Virus record (IMG/VR): IMGVR_UViG_3300031834_000002
Location: 1-64,000 of that record
DNA: 64,000 nt
Direction: 5' to 3' (one strand)
DNA from: a virus
Positions 9,431 to 19,809 of this stretch are shown here, piece by piece (the first letter of the stretch is position 1; each line of letters opens with the position of its first letter). The notes beneath the pieces are model-generated. The model had not been told where the DNA came from and did no database searches. It saw only the letters and a program-made list of their open reading frames with translations. A program made the translations under genes and the position numbers.

Positions 9431-9911
9431 ATTTTGTGGAAAAGAATTAAGTAAATCTTCTATACAAAAGAAAATAGAAAGATGTTCTAACTGTTATCAT
9501 AAAAGCCGAATAAAAGAAAATGCTACAAGAAAAATCAAACATTATTGTAAAAACTGTTCTAAAATAATAGACAGAAGGTCAATAAGATGTATTAACTGTT
9601 GTGCCAAAATAAGAATAGGTAAAAAAAGACCCGAACACAGTAAAATAATGAAAGGTATTAATAATCCTATGTTCGGAAGTTATAGGATAGGAAAAAATAA
9701 TCCTAATTTTGGAAAAAGACACAATAAAAAGAATGATACAGAACGACATCATATAGATTTAGACCACGATAATAATAACAAAAGCAATATATTGTTATGG
9801 ACAAAAACAAATCATATTAGATTACATCAGAGGGCTTATGAATATTTAGTCAAAAAAGAATTAATCAGAAAATATATAAAGTGGTTTATTAAACGATATT
9901 ATATAAAATAG
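9417..9911 (+). CDS. HNH homing endonuclease with CxxC and NUMOD-like modules
   Basis: CxxC repeats, GINNPMFG/GKNNPNFGK, HHID..HDNN...N.......NH...H. Confidence 0.8.
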   Translation: MKNCKFCGKELSKSSIQKKIERCSNCYHKSRIKENATRKIKHYCKNCSKIIDRRSIRCINCCAKIRIGKKRPEHSKIMKGINNPMFGSYRIGKNNPNFGKRHNKKNDTERHHIDLDHDNNNKSNILLWTKTNHIRLHQRAYEYLVKKELIRKYIKWFIKRYYIK

Positions 9912-9925
9912 AAAGAGAGGGATTT

Positions 9926-10330
9926 ATGAACTACAAACAATTTCTCACGCATTTAAAAGAAGATTATAGTGTAGACCATTTACAAAAGATTTTAAACGGA
10001 AAAGTAGGATTTAATCCTAAACTTACTACTAAATTATCTGTTACTCAACGTAAATATTTATTTGAAAAATATTTACCAAAAATAATAAAACAATTGGAAA
10101 GAGATAATGAAAAAGATATTCTTTTATGGCAAAAAGCTCCTATTTTAAAACTTGCTTTTGTAAGATGTCAACAGAAAAAATTAGGTATTGAATATCTTTT
10201 TGATGAAGCAATGAATATAGTCAATCATTTAAACTGTGATAATAAAGGCCAAGCAATCAGTCAAAGATTTAAAGAATATTATAAACATACTAAAAATGGA
10301 GATTATAATAATGGAACTTTCGAAATTTAA
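9926..10330 (+). CDS. hypothetical protein
   Basis: 134 aa ORF, GAGGG RBS. Confidence 0.65.
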   Translation: MNYKQFLTHLKEDYSVDHLQKILNGKVGFNPKLTTKLSVTQRKYLFEKYLPKIIKQLERDNEKDILLWQKAPILKLAFVRCQQKKLGIEYLFDEAMNIVNHLNCDNKGQAISQRFKEYYKHTKNGDYNNGTFEI

Positions 10331-11117
10331 AGATTATCTTTTATTAAATGGACGTTCATTTAATACCACATTGAATTATATTGCACGAATTCAACAGGTA
10401 TTAACTTTTACGAAAGAAATATTAACAACAGAAACAATTAATAGTTTTTTAAAAGATATGCAAACAAAATCTAAAGCGTCAACTATTAATGCCTACGTTA
10501 ATGCGATTAAGAGTTATCTTATATTTATAAAACAAACGGATATAATATTACCTAAAAAATTAAAAGAAGAAAAACGATTGCCTGAAAATTTTGATGAGAA
10601 ATATTTAGAAGAAAAGATTATTCCTATTATTATGGCAACAGAAAGAAAAGATTATTTACGATTAAAAGCAATATTTTATTTTCTATTTTATTCTGGTATA
10701 AGAGTAGGTGAGATTGATAATTTAAAACGAATAGATTTTGATTTGGAACAGAAACAAGTTAAGGTATATATATCAAAAACCAAAGAAGAAAGAATAGTAT
10801 TATTTACTGAAATAGCGAAAGATATTATTAAAGAATATTTTAATAGTGAACCAGAAGAAAAAAATGCTTTTAATATGACCTCTATGGCGGTTAAACAGAA
10901 ATGTTATCGTATGAAAGAACATTTTCCAGAGATTAATTTTCATCCTCATTTATTTAGACACAGTTACGCTATTTTTGTATTAAAAAAAGGAATAGATATA
11001 GATAACCTTCGTAAATTACTTGGACATCATTCAATCACAAGCACTACAAGATATTCAGAACTCAATAATGCTCAAATTAAAGAGTTATGGAATAAGAAAG
11101 TAGAAGGAAAGGGGTAG
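10311..11117 (+). CDS. tyrosine recombinase (XerC/D-like)
   Basis: catalytic set GIRVGE (R), HLFRH (HxxR), LLGH, TTRY; start moved to ATG 10311 after GGAG. Confidence 0.9.
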   Translation: MELSKFKDYLLLNGRSFNTTLNYIARIQQVLTFTKEILTTETINSFLKDMQTKSKASTINAYVNAIKSYLIFIKQTDIILPKKLKEEKRLPENFDEKYLEEKIIPIIMATERKDYLRLKAIFYFLFYSGIRVGEIDNLKRIDFDLEQKQVKVYISKTKEERIVLFTEIAKDIIKEYFNSEPEEKNAFNMTSMAVKQKCYRMKEHFPEINFHPHLFRHSYAIFVLKKGIDIDNLRKLLGHHSITSTTRYSELNNAQIKELWNKKVEGKG

Positions 11118-11665
11118 ATAATGAATTATCATATAGAAGTCAAAAATAGCATTAAGAAATGGGAACGAATAGCAAGTTTTCAATATCCACAAGATAGAGA
11201 CGATTGTGTTATTTGTTTTATAGATATATACAAAGATTATAAATTTAGAACTATTGATGAGGAATAAAAAATGAAAGATAGTATAGCCCTTATGCAAATT
11301 TATAGAGGATATTTAGAACTTACAGGAGATTTAGTATCTCTTTTGGAAAATCATTTAGAAAAATCTAAAAACAATAATTTATCAAAGAATTTAAAAGAAA
11401 AATATAAAGAATTTAGAAAACATAGTTATAATTTAACAGAAAGATTAAATGCAGACCTCCATAAATTAATAAAAATAGATTATGAACTTAAAAATTTAGA
11501 GGAATTAGAAAATGAAAAAAATCAAAAGAATTAAAACAAGGCATATATGGAATAGAAATCCTAAAACGCAAATTGTGCCTAATAAAAAACATAAAATAGA
11601 TAAAAATTTATCCATTGATTTATTAAAAGGACAAAAAATAACAGAAAGAGATTTAGATGAATTAG

Positions 11666-11869
11666 ATGAAGTATATTAAAAAGGAGTTTATGGCAAAAGA
11701 AAGAACGTGGGATAACTGTCCATGTTGCGGAACAAAATTATTAAGAGAATATTGGGGAATGAAGGACGAAAATATAATTTGTTGGAGATATACTTGTGAT
11801 AATGGACAGTGTAAATTTGGAATTAATCTTGTAGATAGACCGATAAATGACACTGAACCTATAAATTAG
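11666..11869 (+). CDS. small zinc-finger protein
   Basis: CPCC...C....C. Confidence 0.55.
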   Translation: MKYIKKEFMAKERTWDNCPCCGTKLLREYWGMKDENIICWRYTCDNGQCKFGINLVDRPINDTEPIN

Positions 11870-11889
11870 TAGTATTATAGGAGGATTAA

Positions 11890-12297
11890 ATGCCTGATAA
11901 AGAATGTTGTGCAAATTGTAGATTTTATGTAAGCGACGGAAAATATTGCGATTATTGGGCTTATAATGTAGAATACTTAACAGGAGAAAAAGATGATTTA
12001 ATAAGTGTTTGTCCTGATTTCGAAAGAGCAAGATTAAAAGAAGATGAATACGAAGATGAAGAAGGAACTCAAAATTTAAAACCAATTGGAGATAATTATC
12101 CTACTTACAAATCATTAATAGTATCTTTGGGATTAAGAAAAGAAAGAACAACTATGGTAAAAAAATTATTAAATACAGAAAATAAGAGAATTACAAAAGA
12201 TGATATTATCGATATGCAAATTGACCTTTATCTATATGACAAAGGATGTAGAAAAGAAAAAATAAAACGAATTTATAAAAGAAAGAAGAAAGAATAA
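11890..12297 (+). CDS. Cys-rich hypothetical protein
   Basis: CANC...C...CPDF; AGGAGG RBS. Confidence 0.65.
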   Translation: MPDKECCANCRFYVSDGKYCDYWAYNVEYLTGEKDDLISVCPDFERARLKEDEYEDEEGTQNLKPIGDNYPTYKSLIVSLGLRKERTTMVKKLLNTENKRITKDDIIDMQIDLYLYDKGCRKEKIKRIYKRKKKE

Positions 12298-12442
12298 AAT
12301 GGTATATAAAATTTGCTTCTATATGATGTTGACAGGGTATTTAGGTTTATCATTACAGACCACAGATATAAAAGGAAAGTTAATTGGTATTGTTTTATTA
12401 ATAGCTAATGCTCTTATTTTTTATAAATAAGGAGATAATATT

Positions 12443-13600
12443 ATGAATAAAATTTGTGTTCGTAAAGAAGGGAAAGCAACTTTAGTGGGAATTTTAATTC
12501 CTATTGGGTCATATTACGAAGAACCTCATATAAAAGGAATTAGTCATTTTATTGAGCATTGTTGTTTTAAGGGAACTAAAAATAGAACACAGAAAGAAAT
12601 TAATCTTGCAATAGAACAATACGGTGGCGATATTAATGCTTTCACCGATAATGAGATTACATTTTATTGGGCTAAAATTGCTAATCAATATAAAGATATA
12701 GCAATAGATGTTATAACTGATATAGTAACTAATCCTATATTTCCTTCTAAAGAAATAGATAAAGAACGAGAAGTAATTTTACAGGAATTAAAAATGTATG
12801 AGGATAATCCTTCTCATTATATTTATCAATTAGCAAATGAACATTATTATCCTAAAGATAATGGATTTTATTTACCAATAATAGGAACAGAAAAAACTTT
12901 ACAAAATATTAATAAAAAAGAAATATTAAATTATTATAAGAAATATTACAATAATCCTACTTTAATTATTATCGGAGATGTTAAAGATGAACTCTATATG
13001 GAAGAAGAATTGTCATTGGATTATCCTGATTATAGAATTCCTACAAAATTTAAGCGAAGAATATTTGAAAATAGAAAAGATATTAGTCAGTCAATTATGC
13101 TTATAAAAGCAGATGTTAATGTATCAGAATTTTCTGGCTTAGAAAAAGAATATTTAATGGACTTATTATCAGAAGTATATAATGATATGAGTGGTAGATT
13201 ATTTTCTAAAATAAGAGAAGAATATAATCTTGTTTACAGAATTCATTTTGGTATTACTATGAATTCTAATGGAATTATTAATTGGGAAGTTAATTTAGGA
13301 TTAAATAAAAATAAAATAAATAAAGCATATGATTTAATAATAAAAGAATTAAATCGACCTATCACAAAAAAAGAATTAGAAATCGCAGTTACTAAAACAA
13401 TAGGCTCTCAAGCCCTTAGAATTGAAAGTTTAAATTGTATTGCAGAAACAATTGCCTATGGAATAAGAGCCAATTTAGATTGGAATGAATATTTATTTAA
13501 TTATGAAAAAAATATTAATAAATATAAAAATAATTTGAATTATTTTTTAAAAAAGATGAATTTTAAAGAAAATATAATGGCAGGGATTATTCCTAAATAA
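12443..13600 (+). CDS. M16 family zinc peptidase
   Basis: GISHFIEH (HxxEH), FKGT, NAFT, EREVILQE, RLF..IRE...LVY. Confidence 0.92.
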   Translation: MNKICVRKEGKATLVGILIPIGSYYEEPHIKGISHFIEHCCFKGTKNRTQKEINLAIEQYGGDINAFTDNEITFYWAKIANQYKDIAIDVITDIVTNPIFPSKEIDKEREVILQELKMYEDNPSHYIYQLANEHYYPKDNGFYLPIIGTEKTLQNINKKEILNYYKKYYNNPTLIIIGDVKDELYMEEELSLDYPDYRIPTKFKRRIFENRKDISQSIMLIKADVNVSEFSGLEKEYLMDLLSEVYNDMSGRLFSKIREEYNLVYRIHFGITMNSNGIINWEVNLGLNKNKINKAYDLIIKELNRPITKKELEIAVTKTIGSQALRIESLNCIAETIAYGIRANLDWNEYLFNYEKNINKYKNNLNYFLKKMNFKENIMAGIIPK

Positions 13601-13629
13601 AAAGGAGAAAAGATTAAAAATAGAAACTA

Positions 13630-13658
13630 TTGACTCTTATGGGTAAATATGCTATACT
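13630..13658 (+). promoter_or_regulatory. class B consensus sigma70 promoter
   Basis: TTGACT-17 bp-TATACT with extended -10 TG. Confidence 0.8.
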
Positions 13659-13701
13659 TAAAGCGTAAAGTAAGATTGAATTTAACTGTAAGGAGAAAAA
13701 A

Positions 13702-14430
13702 ATGAATAAACAATTGATTGTTATAGGTATCGGATTTATATTGGTAGGATTTATATTGTCATATATTCGTAGAAAACTTGTTGGTTATATTGTCAAAAAA
13801 TCCCCTGAACTTGCCATTTCTGAAAAATTTAATCCCAAAAAATTTCTTAAAGGATTTGCTTTGACTGACCCTGTTTTATGGACAAAATCTATATTTGAAA
13901 TTATAGATTTAAGAAAATTAATTATATATGCTTTAATTGCCCTTACAATTTTTGGATTTGGTTATTATAAGAATTGGCAAAATACTCCTATTAAGATTGA
14001 TTTAGGATATGGTAAAGAAGCGGTTATAGACTTAGGTAATGGCGAATATATGCATATTACTAAAGATGGCGAAGTGCATATTCAGAACTCGCCAGACCCA
14101 AAATCTACTAATATTCTAAGAACTATATCAATTAAAGATATACCTAATTTAAAAGCCAAACTTGCTCCGATAGGATTACAATTCAAGCCTATTATAGTGG
14201 CAGGAATGAGTGCAGGAGCGAATGGTGGCGGAACAGAAGTAGGAGCAGGTATATCTTTCTTTAGATTTTATAAAATGCAAGCAGAAGCATTTATAACTAC
14301 ACATCCTGCAATATATTTAGGAACAAGTTATAGTATTACTGATAATGCAGGTATAGGAATAGCAATAGGCAAATCTTTAAGCGATACTAACGACACAAGA
14401 ATTATGATATATGGCAGAGTTAATTTTTAA
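13702..14430 (+). CDS. membrane protein with C-terminal amphipathic beta strands
   Basis: two hydrophobic helices, then alternating Gly/aromatic strands ending RIMIYGRVNF. Confidence 0.6.
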   Translation: MNKQLIVIGIGFILVGFILSYIRRKLVGYIVKKSPELAISEKFNPKKFLKGFALTDPVLWTKSIFEIIDLRKLIIYALIALTIFGFGYYKNWQNTPIKIDLGYGKEAVIDLGNGEYMHITKDGEVHIQNSPDPKSTNILRTISIKDIPNLKAKLAPIGLQFKPIIVAGMSAGANGGGTEVGAGISFFRFYKMQAEAFITTHPAIYLGTSYSITDNAGIGIAIGKSLSDTNDTRIMIYGRVNF

Positions 14431-14630
14431 AAAGGATAAAATGAAAATAGAACTTAAAGAAATTAAAGCATTGATAGAAGTAGCAATTAAGATTGGTAAA
14501 ATAATAATAGATATAACATTTCATTTAGGAGAATCAACTTTAAAAGGAATAAAATGGATTTGTGGCACATTAATTTATTGTATAACTGCAATTTGTATAG
14601 TAATAGGAATTAATAAAAGGAAAAAATAAT

Positions 14631-14885
14631 ATGCCATATATAAAACAAGAATTAAGAATAAAATATGATAATATATTAAATCAAATGCCTGATATTGATA
14701 ATAAAGGAGATTTAGAATATTGTGTTTTTAAGTTAATGAAACGATTTATGAAAACAAGGGAAAAACGTTATTCTACTTTACATGAAGTCGTGTATGCTAT
14801 TATGCATTGTGCAGATGAATATAGGCGTAGATATTTAGATAAAAGAGAAGATGAAGCAATACAAGAAAATGGAAATATAGAATGA
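14631..14885 (+). CDS. conserved phage protein (MPYIK family)
   Basis: MPYIK...GDLEY...EY.RR.....ED.AI..NG. Confidence 0.65.
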   Translation: MPYIKQELRIKYDNILNQMPDIDNKGDLEYCVFKLMKRFMKTREKRYSTLHEVVYAIMHCADEYRRRYLDKREDEAIQENGNIE

Positions 14886-15037
14886 CCAGAAAAGAAGAAC
14901 TCGAACAACAATTATATAATTTGAATACTGATTATAATGATTTCGGTGGCGATACAGTCTGTTTAGATGGCAATTTTACAACGGAACAATTAGAAATTAT
15001 TTTAGAACTTTTAAAATTAAATAAAAAGGAATAAAAT

Positions 15038-15676
15038 ATGGATAATAAAAGATTAAAGTATACAACTTATACTGCTGGAGCAATAGAATCTGTATCTGCT
15101 AAAGATATGAAATCTTGGAGAGCAGAAGTTAGAGAAAAATTAAATAGTTCAGACTTAGGCATTTATGACCCTGTTGAACAAGAATCTAATAAAGTTGGAA
15201 AAGAATCCAAAGACCATGTTTCTTATATTACAGGACTCAAAGCAGGAGGACATTGGGATATTTTTGCAAGTGAAATGGAACGTATCTGGTGGGGAAATAT
15301 AGACACTGCTAAATTAGATAGAATAAGATTATTAATTTATCTTTATGAAAAAGCCAGATTAGAAGGAAATTATTTAACTGATTTTAAATATTGGGGAGAT
15401 TATGAAGCTGTTGTTAGGTCAGATTTTATTATTGTTTATTTACCTAAAGATACTCGAACAACTGGCACTATTTTAGAAATGGAAATTTGTTATTTATTTG
15501 GAATACCTATTTATTTAATTTTACCTGACCATCCTAAAACAGAATGTAATTCTACAATGATAGATATTGTTATGAAATCAGGTGGAGAAATATTCTATTC
15601 TATTTCAGATTGCACAAAATTTGTTATCGATAAATATAAACTTAAAGAAACAAAAACAGAAAAAAAAGGAGAATAA
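15038..15676 (+). CDS. nucleoside 2-deoxyribosyltransferase/N-glycosidase-like protein
   Basis: YTAGAI, DP, D...V..SD.IIVYL, TGT..E...Y..GIP. Confidence 0.75.
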   Translation: MDNKRLKYTTYTAGAIESVSAKDMKSWRAEVREKLNSSDLGIYDPVEQESNKVGKESKDHVSYITGLKAGGHWDIFASEMERIWWGNIDTAKLDRIRLLIYLYEKARLEGNYLTDFKYWGDYEAVVRSDFIIVYLPKDTRTTGTILEMEICYLFGIPIYLILPDHPKTECNSTMIDIVMKSGGEIFYSISDCTKFVIDKYKLKETKTEKKGE

Positions 15677-15677
15677 C

Positions 15678-15848
15678 ATGGCAAGAGGAAGACCACAATT
15701 AACGCAGAGAATTAAGTTGAATAATAAGTTGGTTAGATTGCAGACAGAGATTGCCGAGATTCAGAAAAGATTGGCAGGACAATTAGAAGGCGAAATTACA
15801 GAAACAAAAGCAGAAGAACCAACAACAGAACCGACAGCGGAGGAATAA
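15678..15848 (+). CDS. small coiled-coil protein with RGRP motif and acidic tail
   Basis: AGGAG RBS, ATG 15678. Confidence 0.6.
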   Translation: MARGRPQLTQRIKLNNKLVRLQTEIAEIQKRLAGQLEGEITETKAEEPTTEPTAEE

Positions 15849-16015
15849 AATGTATAATCAATTAATTGGTAAAGGAATAGGTATTGTTTTATTTGTTATA
15901 GGTGCAGGACTAATGGTAACAAGACATCCTGTTTTAGTTGTATTAATGGTTATTGGTGCAGGTGTGTTTTATTTAAGCGAAAAGATTTTTTAAATAAATA
16001 GGAGATTAAAAATCA

Positions 16016-16378
16016 ATGGGAGAGGTAAGAAAGTTCGAAACAGGGGCTACCAGAGATAGCGAAATAGGAAAAAATGATTACGAAGGATTCATTGACCCTT
16101 TCGTTTTAGAAGAATTTGGTAATTATATGACCAAACATAGAATTCAATCAGACGGCACATTAAGAGACAGTGATAATTGGAAAAAAGGAATTCCTAAAAC
16201 TGCCTATATGAAATCATTATGGAGACATTTTTTAGATGCGTGGGCAATTCATAGAGGCTATACAAGAATAGATAAACAAACAGGTAAAGAAATAACTTTA
16301 CTCGAAGCTTTTTGTGCTATTCTTTTTAATGTTATGGGTTATATGTATGAAATATTAAAGGATAAAAATGGAAAATAA
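16016..16378 (+). CDS. dATP/dGTP diphosphohydrolase-like (DUF5664-type) protein
   Basis: R.FETGATRD...GK...DNWKKGIP...S..RH...FN. Confidence 0.75.
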   Translation: MGEVRKFETGATRDSEIGKNDYEGFIDPFVLEEFGNYMTKHRIQSDGTLRDSDNWKKGIPKTAYMKSLWRHFLDAWAIHRGYTRIDKQTGKEITLLEAFCAILFNVMGYMYEILKDKNGK

Positions 16379-17174
16379 TGGCAAGATAATAGTGGCAGAT
16401 TGGGGCTGTTTAATGTTTTCAGCAATCTTCGCCCACAAATATACTCCACAAGTGCCTATTACTTATACAATATTAAATATGTTATTCGCAAACATTTTAA
16501 AAGTAGGAATGTCCGAAGGCGACGAAGTAATGTTGGCAGTCGATTATGGACATTCTTGGCGTAAAGACTTCGATGAACAATATAAAGCAGGTCGTAAAGA
16601 AGGTAGAGAGAAACACACTGAAATTAATTGGGATAATACTTTTGCAGAATGTAATAATTTATTAGATAGTATAGATAGAGCATTACCATTTCAAATTTTA
16701 AAAGAAAAAAGTTTAGAAGCCGATGATTGGATGTCTTATGTGCCACGATATTATCCTGATAAAGAAGTTGTTTTAATCAGTTTTGATTCAGACCTTCATC
16801 AATTATTAACTTTACCTAATGTAAAAATATTTTCACCAAAATCGAAGAAATATAAAGTAGGAATAAATCCTTATAACGAACTTGCTAAAAAAATAAATAA
16901 AGAAGCAACAGACGGACTAACTAATCCAATTTTAAATGAAGAAGATTATGATAAAAGAAATATGATAGTTAATTTATTAGAATTGCCAGAATTTATCGAA
17001 ACTAAGATGAAAGAAACTTTAGACAATTTATCATTAAAAGGCGAAGATATTGAAGAATTACCTTTTAAATCTATGAGAGAAAAATATTTTAGATTAATAG
17101 AAGATAAATCAAAACTCGTAACGATGGAACAATCAGCAAAAAAGAAAAGAAAGAAAAAGGTTAAAAATGGATAA
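16368..17174 (+). CDS. 5'-3' exonuclease / T4 RNase H-like flap nuclease
   Basis: SWRK....YKAGR, LEADD, S.DSDL.QL. Confidence 0.85.
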   Translation: MENNGKIIVADWGCLMFSAIFAHKYTPQVPITYTILNMLFANILKVGMSEGDEVMLAVDYGHSWRKDFDEQYKAGRKEGREKHTEINWDNTFAECNNLLDSIDRALPFQILKEKSLEADDWMSYVPRYYPDKEVVLISFDSDLHQLLTLPNVKIFSPKSKKYKVGINPYNELAKKINKEATDGLTNPILNEEDYDKRNMIVNLLELPEFIETKMKETLDNLSLKGEDIEELPFKSMREKYFRLIEDKSKLVTMEQSAKKKRKKKVKNG

Positions 17175-17527
17175 TCAAATTTGGATACCTGCTAAAGTAG
17201 CATTTAAAATTTTTATAAAATCATTATTTAATAAATGGACAGACCTACAAACTATACATCAAGAAGAAACAAACGATACTTATTTTTATGTAAATGGTAA
17301 ATATATATGTCATATGTATACAGGAGACAAAAAATGAGTTACGAAGATACCGACGATGGATTAGAATTAGAGGATATTGTTCTTATTAAAGGAACTCCTT
17401 ATTATGGCAGATTAATTTATGTTAAATCATTTGCTATAAAAAAAGATTTTTATATTGTAGAACGTTTGGTCGATAAAGAAATTTGTCATTTAAAAAGAGA
17501 AGAAATAGAAAAAAAGGAGGAAGTAAA

Positions 17528-18049
17528 ATGAAATTCTTAGTTGGGTTTACAAAGGGTAATAAAATTTTGTTAAAAATTCGATTAGATGATGGCACAGAAA
17601 AATGGATGGGAACAACTCAAACAGTTTTAGATTATGCTCAAAAGAATTTAAAGAAAGAAGAAGATGTAAAGTTAGAAAAAACAGAGAAAAATGGACAATA
17701 TTTTGTAACAAAAATAATGAAGATTGAAACATCTGCTTCTGCACCAGTAGAAACTCCAAAGGCATCAATATCTACCGAACCTAAATGTGTAGATTGTGGA
17801 AAAGTATTAAAGGATGGAAAATATACAAAATGTTACGAATGTAATAAAAAGAATCCTACTCCTAAATCAGAAAAACCAACTGGCGGAAGAACAGATGCAG
17901 TTGGCACATCAATTGAAAAACAAGCAATGATGAAAGCATCAGCACAAGCAATTGCAACTACTATGCAAGGACAAATAAATGATGTAAATCTATTAGGCGA
18001 TATGATTATAACACTTTACGAAAAATTGTATAAGAGATTAACCGAATAA
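17528..18049 (+). CDS. putative ssDNA-binding/recombination protein with zinc finger
   Basis: beta-rich N-terminus, CVDC..CYEC, SIEKQAMMKA helix; GGAGG RBS; follows the exonuclease. Confidence 0.45.
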   Translation: MKFLVGFTKGNKILLKIRLDDGTEKWMGTTQTVLDYAQKNLKKEEDVKLEKTEKNGQYFVTKIMKIETSASAPVETPKASISTEPKCVDCGKVLKDGKYTKCYECNKKNPTPKSEKPTGGRTDAVGTSIEKQAMMKASAQAIATTMQGQINDVNLLGDMIITLYEKLYKRLTE

Positions 18050-18067
18050 AATTAGGAGGAATAAATT

Positions 18068-18862
18068 ATGAGAAGAATTATCAAAATTCTTGTAATAAGT
18101 TTACTTGTAATTATAACAAGTATAGCAGGTATATTATTGGGTTATTCTATATTTTTCAATCAAAAAAGAAATATAATACAATTTAATACAATTATCAAAG
18201 AAGATATTAGACCTTCTTATGACTATCTTAAATCTGTTACAGTTTTAATTTATGGCATAGGAGAATATCCTCCTGAAACAAATGATGAAATGCGTAAAAA
18301 TAGAAAATATGGCAGAACATTAAAAGAAAATAATACCGTTGAATGGATAGGAACAGGAGTTATTGTTAAAATAAAAAATGGATATACATATATTTTAACT
18401 AATGCTCATGTTGTTGGTAATGATATGATAAATGTTAGTGTATTTGTAAAAGATGAATATAAAAAACTTGAAGCAGAAGTTATTAAATGTCATCAACGAC
18501 TCGATATGTCATTAATTAAAATAAAAGGAAAACTTGGAAATAAACAAGTAATAAAAGGATTCTCAATAGCAAAGCCCCAAGATAAATTATATTTAGTAGG
18601 ACATTATTTAGGAAATCCTTATACTTATGGAGAAGGAGTTTTTGCAGGTTATAATGGCATTTACGATATAATACAAGTTCCTTGTTTATGGGGTAATTCA
18701 GGAAGTGGAGTATTTAATAAAAATGAACAATTAGTAGCATTGATTTTTGCTATTCCTTGCGAAACAGTAATTATATTTCCTGTTTTTGATGTATCCCATG
18801 CTTTAGCAGTAGATGGGTTAAGTATTAAATTGTTTATTGATAAAATAGAAGAATTAAAATAA
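18068..18862 (+). CDS. membrane-anchored trypsin-like (S1) serine protease
   Basis: N-terminal TM, GTGVI, TNAHV, D.SLIK, GNSGSG. Confidence 0.9.
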   Translation: MRRIIKILVISLLVIITSIAGILLGYSIFFNQKRNIIQFNTIIKEDIRPSYDYLKSVTVLIYGIGEYPPETNDEMRKNRKYGRTLKENNTVEWIGTGVIVKIKNGYTYILTNAHVVGNDMINVSVFVKDEYKKLEAEVIKCHQRLDMSLIKIKGKLGNKQVIKGFSIAKPQDKLYLVGHYLGNPYTYGEGVFAGYNGIYDIIQVPCLWGNSGSGVFNKNEQLVALIFAIPCETVIIFPVFDVSHALAVDGLSIKLFIDKIEELK

Positions 18863-18894
18863 ATTTGCTGTGGTGTAGTGAAGTATGATATACT
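18860..18894 (+). promoter_or_regulatory. class A promoter
   Basis: TAAATTTGCTGTGGTGTAGTGAAGTATGATATACT; 18 bp spacer. Confidence 0.8.
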
Positions 18895-18940
18895 TATAGT
18901 ATAAGAAAGAATTCGATATAACAGATAAGAGGAATTAATT

Positions 18941-19231
18941 ATGAATTTAAAAGAAAAAATATATCAGTGGTTACTTTATGTTACTAATAACGAATCCAAA
19001 CCTACAAAGGAATGGAGAAGAGATGAAATTAAATTTGATATAGGATTTTTTATTGCGTTAGTTATTGCTATGATTTTAGGATTTGTTTTAATTGCTTGTT
19101 CTATTGTTGTTTATTTAATGGGGAATGAAAGACTTGCTTGGTGTATTATATTTCTTTTTTGGGGAGTAGAGTATTGTATATTCGGATTTATTACTGCTCT
19201 TGATGAAATTAGACATAATAGAGAGGAATAA
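18941..19231 (+). CDS. two-TM membrane protein
   Basis: two hydrophobic segments; GAGGA RBS. Confidence 0.65.
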   Translation: MNLKEKIYQWLLYVTNNESKPTKEWRRDEIKFDIGFFIALVIAMILGFVLIACSIVVYLMGNERLAWCIIFLFWGVEYCIFGFITALDEIRHNREE

Positions 19232-19236
19232 ATTAA

Positions 19237-19809
19237 ATGGGTAGTTTTCCAGAGTTTAAAGGATTTCGTAAAATTCCTCGATTATCAAAAGATATAATTA
19301 TCACAGAAAAAATTGATGGAACTTGTGGATGCATTTATATTGATTTTGATATGAATATTTTTGTGGGAAGTAAAAATAGATGGTTATGGAGTTCTATTCA
19401 AGATGAAATTCATAATGATAATCATGGATTTGCTCAATGGGTTAAAATAAATCAAAATGAATTACGAAAACTTGGAATAGGTTATCATTTTGGCGAATGG
19501 ATGGGTCAAGGAATACAGAGAAATTATGGTCTTAAAGAAAAGAGATTTTATTTATTTAACGTAAAAAAATGGATAGATAATTTATATAAACCAGATTGTT
19601 GTTATATAGTGCCAATATTATTTACAGGTATATTTACAACCGAAAATATAGAAACAGCATTAAAATATTTAAAAGAAACAGGAAGTAATGCAGTTCCTAA
19701 TTTTATGAAACCAGAAGGAATAGTTATATATCATACGGCAAGTGGATATTTGTTTAAGAAAACAACTGAAAATGATGATAGACCGAAAGGAAAAGATGAA
19801 GACAAATAA
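19237..19809 (+). CDS. RNA ligase (Rnl2-like adenylyltransferase domain)
   Basis: F.KIPRL, TEKIDG (KxDG), FGEW, LF, PEGIVI, FK. Confidence 0.85.
   Translation: MGSFPEFKGFRKIPRLSKDIIITEKIDGTCGCIYIDFDMNIFVGSKNRWLWSSIQDEIHNDNHGFAQWVKINQNELRKLGIGYHFGEWMGQGIQRNYGLKEKRFYLFNVKKWIDNLYKPDCCYIVPILFTGIFTTENIETALKYLKETGSNAVPNFMKPEGIVIYHTASGYLFKKTTENDDRPKGKDEDK

Noticed and set aside
14631-16378. 2-aminoadenine (Z) genome pathway
   Set aside because: No PurZ-like synthetase in the window; the diphosphohydrolase-like gene alone is insufficient.
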